Positions 56,922 through 64,000 of a stretch of DNA of 64,000 nucleotides are shown one piece after another. The position numbers and the translations under genes are program-made. Position 1 is the first letter of the stretch. Each line of letters opens with the position of its first letter. The notes below the pieces were generated by a model. That model worked only from the letters and a program-made list of their open reading frames with translations. It was not told where the DNA came from and searched no databases. The DNA is from an uncultured Candidatus Actinomarina sp. (lineage in GTDB: Bacteria > Actinomycetota > Acidimicrobiia > Actinomarinales > Actinomarinaceae), in contig CACDUI010000006.1 in NCBI GenBank assembly GCA_902555985.1, positions 1,709 to 65,708 on the forward strand, read 5' to 3'.

Positions 56922-58216
56922 ATTAGATTAAGAAATTCAGCAATTTCATTATCTTGATTCTCAAAAACACTTCTAATGTCGAGGTTGATACTTCCATCAG
57001 TCATTCTTGGAATAATTGGAGTTTTATTGTTTAGGAGTTTAGATAGAATTTCTACATTATTGTTTGTATCCAAAACTAAAACAGGAGACTCCATTGTTAT
57101 ATTTGGAAGTGTACCCCCGCCTATTAAACTTTTGCCCTTTATAATCCTGTATTTAAAAGAAGCATCTTTAATAATTTTATGAATTCTAAGTTCTAATTCA
57201 TCATATGTTTTCGTTAATAAATTCCAAAAAGGAATTTTTTCCTCTGATTTTTTAATATAGAAATCTGTAGTTTCTTGAAGCTCGTATAAGACAACTGGTG
57301 AACACCTATAGGTTCTAAAAATACTGAAACTTTTAATAGCCTGAACTATTTTTGTTTTCCCAGCAATGATTCCAGACTGCAATGATCCAAACAACTTATC
57401 ACCTGAAAACATAACAATGTCTGAGCCATCTTTTAATGATTGCTGCACTCTAGGCTCTTTTTGAAACATTGTTAAATTGTTTTTTGAAAGAAACGCATTG
57501 TCAGCTACCAATCCGCTTCCTAGATCGTGAATAAGAAGGCTTCCATATTCGTTTTTTAAAATATTTAGTTGTTTAATATCTACTTCTTCAGTAAATCCAC
57601 TTATCGAAAAATTGCTTCTATGAACTTTTAACAATATCGCATTAGGGTTAATTTTCAATGCGTCTTTATAGTCATCTATCCTAGTTTTATTTGTAGTTCC
57701 AACTTCAATTAGTTTCATTCCCGTTTCAAAAATTATGTCAGGAAGTCGGTAAGATCCGCCAATTTCAATTATTTCTCCTCTAGAAACTATGACGCTATCT
57801 TTACTATATTTTTTTGATAGAGAAAGCAAAGTTAGGTAAAGAGAAGATGCATTATTATTTACAAATGTGACATCTTCAGCATTTAGCAAAGTTTTCATAG
57901 ATTCTGTTAAATAACTATTGCGATCGCCTCTTGAAGATGTTGTTAAATCGTATTCAACATTTGAATACGATCCAGAATAAGAAATGTTTGTGGGAGATCT
58001 TCCAAGATTTGTATGTAAAACTGTTCCAGTTGCATTGATAACATTTTGTTGCTTTTTCATATTGAGTTTTTTGATTAATTCACCAAACTCTTTTTTTGCT
58101 TCAGCCGGTTCTTTTTTTGTTGATAAAATATTTTTTGCAAATGTAAGTTTTAATTCTCTAGGGAGGTCAGAGCTGGATGATTCTACAAGTTCATTTACTG
58201 AAATATTTTCCATCAT
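56918..58216 (-). CDS. selA: L-seryl-tRNA(Sec) selenium transferase SelA
   Basis: NATGTVLHTNLGRS, FSGDKLFG and KVHRSNF motifs. Confidence 0.85.
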   Translation of the reverse strand: MMENISVNELVESSSSDLPRELKLTFAKNILSTKKEPAEAKKEFGELIKKLNMKKQQNVINATGTVLHTNLGRSPTNISYSGSYSNVEYDLTTSSRGDRNSYLTESMKTLLNAEDVTFVNNNASSLYLTLLSLSKKYSKDSVIVSRGEIIEIGGSYRLPDIIFETGMKLIEVGTTNKTRIDDYKDALKINPNAILLKVHRSNFSISGFTEEVDIKQLNILKNEYGSLLIHDLGSGLVADNAFLSKNNLTMFQKEPRVQQSLKDGSDIVMFSGDKLFGSLQSGIIAGKTKIVQAIKSFSIFRTYRCSPVVLYELQETTDFYIKKSEEKIPFWNLLTKTYDELELRIHKIIKDASFKYRIIKGKSLIGGGTLPNITMESPVLVLDTNNNVEILSKLLNNKTPIIPRMTDGSINLDIRSVFENQDNEIAEFLNLI

Positions 58217-59340
58217 TTAGATAGTTCTTCAAATACTTTTGCCAACCGCCCTGTGCAGGTTTCATCTACTATTGGAGGCAGTTTTTCTGCGATTACAGTA
58301 ATTAGTTTTTCAATTGCAGACTTTGTTGGCGTGTCGTTATCTTGATTTATAAGAGGTGTGCCATCATCTGCAATATCATTTGTACCTTCACTAATTGGTA
58401 TCTTACCAAGTAATGGTATTGAGAATTGATCTGCTAAAGCATCTCCACCACCTTTGCCAAATATATCAAATTTATCTCCAGTATTTGACTCAAAGTGAGA
58501 CATATTTTCTATTACGCCTAAAAGAGGTATAAAACTTCTCTTAGCCATATCAGCAACTCTAGTAGCAACTTTTTGAGCCATTAGTTGAGGTGTTGTTACA
58601 ACTATTAATTCTGCCTGCGGAAGGAGCCTACTAAGTGCCATTTGAATGTCTCCAGTTCCTGGCGGAAGGTCAATTATGAGGTAATCAAGATCTCCCCAAT
58701 CTACATTTGTTAAAAATTGCTCTAAGGCTTTACTTAACATTAAACCACGCCACATAAGGGCAGTGTCTTCATCACTGGTTATTAAGCCAGTAGAAATGAC
58801 TTTTAAGTTATCATAATCATAAGGAATCATCAATTTTTCTTCGTTTGCTTCTATTCTTCCGCTAATGCCTAATAGCCTTGGTATAGAAAAACCCCAGATA
58901 TCTGCATCTAAGAGACCAGTTTTAAATCCTTTTTTTGATAAACCAAGAGCGATATTTGTAGATAATGTTGACTTACCTACACCTCCTTTACCACTTCCTA
59001 TTGCTATAACTCTTGTTCTTGGGTCAATTTTTGTAGGCTGAGCATTTTCTCTAGCTTTTTTTCTAGCCTTCTCCATTACAGTAGATCTGTCTTTTTGATC
59101 CATCGCAACAACATTAATTTCTACATTTTCTACATTTTCAAGTAAAGTGAGCTTTCTTTGTATTTCTTTTTCAATCTGGTTTCTCATCGGACAATCAGCG
59201 ATAGTTAATGCAAGTTTAATAAACACACTAGAGCCTTTATGCTCTACTTCTTTTACCATTCCAAGCTCAACGATATTAGCCCCTAGTTCAGGATCGAATA
59301 CTGTTGATAGATGTTTAAGTAAAATATCACTTTGTACCAT
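58213..59340 (-). CDS. apbC: Mrp/ApbC-family Fe-S cluster carrier ATPase with N-terminal DUF59 domain
   Basis: GSGKGGVGKST deviant Walker A and a DUF59-like N-terminus (DPELGANIVELGMV). Confidence 0.9.
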   Translation of the reverse strand: MVQSDILLKHLSTVFDPELGANIVELGMVKEVEHKGSSVFIKLALTIADCPMRNQIEKEIQRKLTLLENVENVEINVVAMDQKDRSTVMEKARKKARENAQPTKIDPRTRVIAIGSGKGGVGKSTLSTNIALGLSKKGFKTGLLDADIWGFSIPRLLGISGRIEANEEKLMIPYDYDNLKVISTGLITSDEDTALMWRGLMLSKALEQFLTNVDWGDLDYLIIDLPPGTGDIQMALSRLLPQAELIVVTTPQLMAQKVATRVADMAKRSFIPLLGVIENMSHFESNTGDKFDIFGKGGGDALADQFSIPLLGKIPISEGTNDIADDGTPLINQDNDTPTKSAIEKLITVIAEKLPPIVDETCTGRLAKVFEELSK

Positions 59341-59382
59341 ATGAATATTCTAAGTTGATTTAAGAAAGATGTAATTATTAAT

Positions 59383-59411
59383 TTATTGAATATCTATTTT
59401 CTTGTTATAAT
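59383..59411 (+). promoter_or_regulatory. Promoter TTATTG-17-TATAAT positioned for a leaderless iscA/erpA-like mRNA
   Basis: -10 TATAAT at 59406-59411 lies 6 nt before ATG 59418. No SD. Confidence 0.45.
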
Positions 59412-59417
59412 TGCACT

Positions 59418-59765
59418 ATGGATATACAAATTAAATCATCAAGAGCTATATTAGCTACTGATGGTGCTGTAAAAAAACTTGTAGAACTTAAATCTGAGGA
59501 AACTGCGGAAGATAGCTTTCTTAGGATGGGAGTAAAACCGGGAGGTTGTTCAGGTTACTCTTATGAAATGTTCTTTGATACTGACAAATTTGATGGTGAC
59601 ATAATAGAAGAGTATGCCGGCGTAAATATTGTTGTAGACGGACAAAGCTTAGAACATATTAAAGGGGCTACTCTTGATTACAAAGAAGGATTAATGGAAA
59701 CAGGATTCTCCATCGACAATCCTAATGTATCCAGAACTTGTGGCTGCGGAAATAGCTTTAGTTAA
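59418..59765 (+). CDS. Iron-sulfur cluster insertion protein, HesB/IscA/ErpA family
   Basis: GGCSGYSY and C-terminal CGCGNSF motifs. Confidence 0.85.
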   Translation: MDIQIKSSRAILATDGAVKKLVELKSEETAEDSFLRMGVKPGGCSGYSYEMFFDTDKFDGDIIEEYAGVNIVVDGQSLEHIKGATLDYKEGLMETGFSIDNPNVSRTCGCGNSFS

Positions 59766-60387
59766 ATTTATAACCCACTGAATGAACTGTCTTAATCCAG
59801 TCGTTTCTATTTTCACCTAGTTTTGCTCGAAGCCTTCTTACATGAACGTCGACAGTTCTAGCTCCACCAAAATAATCATATCCCCATACTTTTTCTAAAA
59901 GCTGCTCTCTTGACCAAACATTATCTTGATTTACGATAAAAAATTTCAATAATTCATATTCCATAAATGTAAGATCAAGTAATACTTCACCAGCTTTTGC
60001 TTCATAAGTTTTCAAGTTAATAGTAAGATCTTTAAATTCAAGCATCTCTGACTCACTATCTCCAACTAGGGCATGCACTCTTGCGCTAACCTCTTCTAAG
60101 TTACTATTGCTAGAGACTAATTCAATTTGAGGGTTCTGAATTAATTCAACAGTTTGTTCAAAGTCAACACTGTCAACAATAATTAACGTAGGAAAAGGTT
60201 TATTTGAAGACTCGAGATCGGACAAGTTTTTTTTTGTTTCACCGTATTTTGATAAAGAACTTACAACAAGATGAATTTGTTTAGGATTTTCAATTTTTTT
60301 TATTGAGAGCTTTTTAACCCCAGAAGACTTTAATAATTCTTCAAAGCCTTTGTGCTCTTTGTCTATGTTTATATATGTATCTATCAT
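59758..60387 (-). CDS. OmpR/PhoB-type winged-helix regulator with a degenerate (pseudo-)receiver domain; GlnR-like by context
   Basis: The C-terminal DNA-binding domain is clear (LTFMEYELLKFF ... VDVHVRRLRAKL ... VHSVGYKF). The N-terminal half lacks the acidic pocket (HLVVSSLS where DLVLLD is expected). It is divergent from glnII. Confidence 0.6.
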   Translation of the reverse strand: MIDTYINIDKEHKGFEELLKSSGVKKLSIKKIENPKQIHLVVSSLSKYGETKKNLSDLESSNKPFPTLIIVDSVDFEQTVELIQNPQIELVSSNSNLEEVSARVHALVGDSESEMLEFKDLTINLKTYEAKAGEVLLDLTFMEYELLKFFIVNQDNVWSREQLLEKVWGYDYFGGARTVDVHVRRLRAKLGENRNDWIKTVHSVGYKFN

Positions 60388-60450
60388 CTCGAAACAATTA
60401 TTTAATAATTCTGTAACAACATTGTCTGAGTTATATATTACATTATTTTC

Positions 60451-61479
60451 ATGAAGATAAAAGCAGAATATATATGGATTGACGGTCTAACTCCTACCGC
60501 AAAATTAAGGAGTAAAACAAAAATAATGGAACAAGGAACGGAGCCACCAATTTGGGGCTTTGATGGTTCAAGTACACAACAAGCAACAGGGGACCAATCT
60601 GATTGCGTATTAAAACCAGTTGCTCAATTTCCAGACCCAATTAGAGGTGGAGATAACATATTGGTAATGTGTGAAGTTTTGAATGTAGACATGACACCTC
60701 ACGCATCAAATACAAGAGCAGCACTAGTAGAATCAGCTTCAAATTTTAGTGAGTTTGAACCATGGTTTGGTATGGAACAAGAATATACATTTTATGAGCA
60801 ATCTTACGACTCTCTTAAATATGGACAACCTCTTGGTTTTCCCCCATCAGGATACCCAGCACCACAAGGAGGCTATTACTGTGGAGTGGGTGCAGACGAA
60901 GTGTATGGACGAGAAATCTCTGAGGCACATGCAACTGCGTGTATGGAAGCAGGTTTAGGAATATCTGGTACAAACGCAGAAGTTATGCCAGGTCAGTGGG
61001 AATTTCAAATTGGTCCAGTAGGAGCACCAGATATTGGTGACCACGTATGGGTTGCAAGATGGTTGCTTTATAGAATTGCTGAAGACTGGAACATTTCTGC
61101 AACCTTAGATCCAAAACCTGTAAAAGGAGATTGGAACGGTGCAGGCATGCATACAAACTTCTCAACAAAACAAATGCGAGAAGATGGAGGCTATGAAGCA
61201 ATTGTTGCTGGGTGTGAAGCTCTAGGCAAGAATGCAGATTTGCATGTTAAAAATTATGGTGCAAACATTGAAGACAGGTTAACAGGAGACCATGAAACTC
61301 AAAGTTTCGACACATTTTCCTATGGAGTTAGTGACAGAGGAGCTTCTATCAGAATTCCATGGCAGGTTGAAGTTGACAAAAAAGGATATTTAGAAGACAG
61401 GCGACCTAATGCAAATGGTGATCCTTATGTGATTGCTATGTTGATGATTGATACTGTTTGTTCTGGAGCTTCTAGTTAG
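60451..61479 (+). CDS. glnII: Glutamine synthetase type II
   Basis: KAEYIWIDG N-terminus, GFDGSST, EVMPGQWEFQIGP, NGAGMHTNFS and DRRPNANGDPY motifs of GSII. Confidence 0.9.
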   Translation: MKIKAEYIWIDGLTPTAKLRSKTKIMEQGTEPPIWGFDGSSTQQATGDQSDCVLKPVAQFPDPIRGGDNILVMCEVLNVDMTPHASNTRAALVESASNFSEFEPWFGMEQEYTFYEQSYDSLKYGQPLGFPPSGYPAPQGGYYCGVGADEVYGREISEAHATACMEAGLGISGTNAEVMPGQWEFQIGPVGAPDIGDHVWVARWLLYRIAEDWNISATLDPKPVKGDWNGAGMHTNFSTKQMREDGGYEAIVAGCEALGKNADLHVKNYGANIEDRLTGDHETQSFDTFSYGVSDRGASIRIPWQVEVDKKGYLEDRRPNANGDPYVIAMLMIDTVCSGASS

Positions 61480-62080
61480 AAGTTGCTGAAGCAACTATTT
61501 CTTCAATCTTTTTAATAAATTGGTCTAGATCATTATTAAAAGAATCTAGGGCAGCAGCTCTTTGTTCACCTGTGTCAGATGATTCAAGACCTGCTAGAAG
61601 TTCAACTGTATCTAGGTAAATTAGATTAACTAAAGTTTTGAGCTCTTCATGACTAGTAACTAAATTTGCATATTCATTTGGAGGGCCTGGGTCAGAAACT
61701 GTTGATACAAATTGTTCAGCAGTTGCAATAAAGGCTCTAAATTCATCTTTTGCTTCTTGATAGGTTACTGTTTTATCATCCCAATTTTCATTTGCTTCTA
61801 AAACTTCTTTACCTAGTTCAGTTGCTTGTATTTTTTCAGCCGTAATTTCTTCGAGATATGCTACATAGTTGCCAGGCAAAGTTGTTGAAGTAGTAGTTGT
61901 AGATGTGTCCTCGACAACTACTTCAGCAATAGTTTCAACTGGAGTTTCTTCAGCAACAATGTTTATATCATTATTTGTTGCAACTCTGTTAATAAAAGTA
62001 TACGTTGTTGCAATCATACCTATTAAGACAAGGGGTAAAACAATTCTTCCTGGCTTTGGATCTGGATTAAAGGTTTCCAT
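61472..62080 (-). CDS. Membrane-anchored hypothetical protein
   Basis: One N-terminal TM segment, a Thr/Glu-rich linker and a helical C-terminal domain. Confidence 0.5.
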   Translation of the reverse strand: METFNPDPKPGRIVLPLVLIGMIATTYTFINRVATNNDINIVAEETPVETIAEVVVEDTSTTTTSTTLPGNYVAYLEEITAEKIQATELGKEVLEANENWDDKTVTYQEAKDEFRAFIATAEQFVSTVSDPGPPNEYANLVTSHEELKTLVNLIYLDTVELLAGLESSDTGEQRAAALDSFNNDLDQFIKKIEEIVASATSN

Positions 62081-62082
62081 AG

Positions 62083-62325
62083 CTATATTGTATCAAATTT
62101 ATTTAATATATCTTTATTAATGCTGCCCCAGTCAGCAGCTTCTTCTTTTGTAACTGTTAAAAAATTCGGACCCGTAAATATTGATACAACTCCATCAACT
62201 TCAATCAAATCTTTAGCCATGCCTTCAATGTCACCGTTACCCTTTTCAATGTTTATTGCAATTTCATAATCGTGGTTAACTATCACTTTTTTTGCATTGG
62301 GATTTGGGGTATCTATTAATTCCAT
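62083..62325 (-). CDS. Nfu/NifU N-terminal-domain protein
   Basis: MELIDTPNPNAKK ... DGVVSIFTGPNFLTVTK ... DW pattern. ATG 62325 is preferred over the longer track ORF. Confidence 0.65.
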   Translation of the reverse strand: MELIDTPNPNAKKVIVNHDYEIAINIEKGNGDIEGMAKDLIEVDGVVSIFTGPNFLTVTKEEAADWGSINKDILNKFDTI

Positions 62326-62367
62326 ATTTAAATAATATTTTAATATAAAAACAGTTATTATGTCTGT

Positions 62368-62910
62368 ATGCAATACGAAGTTAGCAAGCTTAGTAAAGAA
62401 AGTTTCTCCTTAAATAAAAGTCTTGTTTTATCTGTGGTCGGACTCTACTGTTTTGTCTTAGGAACATCACTACTAGGCTTTTCTGTATATTTATTTCTCG
62501 AGTCTTCTGGTTTTGTTAATCAAGAATTCATAAGTTGGAGCGGACAAGGATTATTTTGGTCTTTAATTACTTTTTTTATTTCCTTATTTGTTTTATTTGT
62601 ACCTGTAGAATTTTTTAATGAGTATTTTATTGAAAATAGATCTTTCAAAAATTTATTAACTAATATAATTTCTGTAATATTTGTATCTTTGTTTTTTCTT
62701 GTCGTTTTTCAACTTCTTCTTAGAAATCAAAATATTTTCATAAATGAGTACCTTGCAATCGCTAGGGCGGTATCATTTTCTGGATTTATTGCAATTCCTT
62801 TAATCTTATTTTTACTTCATAACTTTGGTAAAAATCTTCACCTTGTAAGTAAATATTCTTACAGTGTGATTTTAATTATTTGGATTGCATCAACTCAAAT
62901 ATTTTTATAA
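62368..62910 (+). CDS. Polytopic membrane protein, unknown function
   Basis: 180 aa with about 5 TM segments. Confidence 0.5.
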   Translation: MQYEVSKLSKESFSLNKSLVLSVVGLYCFVLGTSLLGFSVYLFLESSGFVNQEFISWSGQGLFWSLITFFISLFVLFVPVEFFNEYFIENRSFKNLLTNIISVIFVSLFFLVVFQLLLRNQNIFINEYLAIARAVSFSGFIAIPLILFLLHNFGKNLHLVSKYSYSVILIIWIASTQIFL

Positions 62911-64000
62911 TTACATCTGTTCTACAGGTGCTATTCCCAAGCAGTGCATAACGTTATGACTGGTAGTCAAAAATAAATTTATCAAAAATATTTTTGATGA
63001 TAAATGATCCAAGTCAGTTATTTCACTAATCTTTTCACTTTCATAAAATTGATTAAATAAATTTGAAATATCATAAAGATAATTAGCAAGGTGATGAGGC
63101 TCATTCAAAGAAAACGCCTGTTCAAGAAAATATCCAAACATATATAGTTTTGAAAGTAGCTTTTTATCTACTTCAGATAAAATCAATTCAGAAGGCTGAT
63201 TTTTTTTCTGATTTAAAGTTTGAAGCAATTTCTTGGCTCGAACTTGAGCATACTGAACATAAATACCTGTCTTGCCATTAACGTTAGTAAATTTTTCTAA
63301 ATCAAACTTATAATCTGTTTTTCTATTTGTAATTAAATCACTGAATGTTAAAACAGAATTTGTTAATTGTTGAATTGTAGATTCTTTCAAAGAGACATTT
63401 ATGTTTTTTATATATATATACGTTTCTTCAAACAGCTCACTTAATGGTTTAGTTCCGCCATCCCTTGTTTTGAATGGATTGCCATCACTATCATTCAGTG
63501 TTCCATAAGAAATGTGTTCATGATAAAGAGTACTGAGTCCAAAGAAATTTATTGAATCAAATAATTGTTTAAAATGAAGGGATTGTCGATTGTCAACAAT
63601 ATAGAACGCCTTATCATAACTAAAATTATTTTGTCTATATAGAATTGTTGCAAGATCAGTCGTTATATAGAGATATGAACCATCAGATTTTGTAATTAAT
63701 ATTTTTGGCTCTGTATCTTGAGCACTTATTAAAGCACCTGAATCATTAATAATTTTTTTGTTATTAATAAGATCATTTATCATTTCTGGAATTAAATCGT
63801 TCACATCACTTTCGCCTAGCCATTGATCAAAAGAATGATTTAACAACTTAAAATTTTCTTGCAGGCTTTTAATTGATATATCTTTAATAGACTTCCAAAT
63901 AGTTAAAAGATCTTTATCGTTATTATTTAGTTTTTTGTTAATCTCTTGAGCTCGAATTTTAAATTCATCATTTTGTTTATATTCTTCGCTTGCTTTTGGA
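62911..64000 (-). CDS. argS: Arginine--tRNA ligase (C-terminal part; start outside window)
   Basis: The frame stays open to the window end. FDQWLGES, an anticodon-binding domain and a terminal ...APVEQM are typical of ArgRS. Confidence 0.85.
   Translation of the reverse strand, partial: PKASEEYKQNDEFKIRAQEINKKLNNNDKDLLTIWKSIKDISIKSLQENFKLLNHSFDQWLGESDVNDLIPEMINDLINNKKIINDSGALISAQDTEPKILITKSDGSYLYITTDLATILYRQNNFSYDKAFYIVDNRQSLHFKQLFDSINFFGLSTLYHEHISYGTLNDSDGNPFKTRDGGTKPLSELFEETYIYIKNINVSLKESTIQQLTNSVLTFSDLITNRKTDYKFDLEKFTNVNGKTGIYVQYAQVRAKKLLQTLNQKKNQPSELILSEVDKKLLSKLYMFGYFLEQAFSLNEPHHLANYLYDISNLFNQFYESEKISEITDLDHLSSKIFLINLFLTTSHNVMHCLGIAPVEQM

Noticed and set aside
60388-60450. Calling a canonical actinobacterial GlnR box upstream of glnII.
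   Set aside because: GAAAC and GTAAC pentamers are present, but they are 17 nt apart and in the wrong relative order for gTnAc-n6-GaAAc.
1-64000. tRNA (including tRNA-Sec), rRNA, IS elements, prophage or defense-island content.
   Set aside because: No T-arm-like GGTTCGA/GGTTCAA motif occurs in any intergenic region; the two GGTTCGA occurrences are inside CDSs. There are no integrase, transposase, recombinase or nuclease-helicase gene signatures, and every gap above 150 bp was inspected. The scan was by eye only, so tRNAscan/Infernal should confirm.

Overview
The window is an AT-rich (by eye, not computed), extremely compact bacterial chromosome segment with about 85 protein genes. I found no rRNA, tRNA, CRISPR array, transposase or integrase. 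Taxon-informative content points to a low-GC, streamlined (probably marine) actinobacterium; this is inference only. The evidence is a WhiB-family regulator, the rpsF-ssb-rpsR-rplI-dnaB block, a type II glutamine synthetase next to an OmpR-type regulator with a degenerate receiver, and promoters placed for leaderless mRNAs.

Functional blocks:
- Lipid acyltransferases and a histidine phosphatase (5.7-7.9 kb).
- An operon of two large lipoproteins, one NHL-repeat and one Asp-box (9.0-12.6 kb).
- nfo-lysA.
- A tandem pair of gluzincin-like lipoproteins (22.6-25.0 kb).
- A nucleoside and queuosine salvage neighbourhood (30.9-38.2 kb): deoxyribosyltransferase, udp, rbsK, a Qng1/DUF2419-like protein, an IUNH-family (inosine-uridine-preferring) nucleoside hydrolase and a YhhQ-type transporter.
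- panB and the ribosomal protein/dnaB block.
- A complete PTS: ptsI, mannitol IIC/IIB/IIA, mtlD and an HPr-like protein.
- A translationally coupled mrp-selA-selB operon.
- Fe-S accessory genes and glnII.

Most unusual observations:
1. Two tandem ~200-bp modules at 8.5-8.85 kb, each a promoter, a GNRA-capped hairpin and a terminator. They look like a pair of unannotated small RNAs.
2. Both modules carry a TCGCGAAAAA element that recurs only upstream of the whiB-like gene.
3. Two lipoprotein ORFs have textbook signal peptides that begin on GTA or ATA rather than a canonical start codon.
4. Many -10-like hexamers sit exactly 6-7 nt before start codons.
5. Convergent genes almost always abut or share stop codons.
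6. A ceramidase-like gene is split by a frameshift.
7. A strong intrinsic terminator lies inside the mannitol PTS operon.

All functional calls come from motif recognition in the supplied translations, not from database searches.
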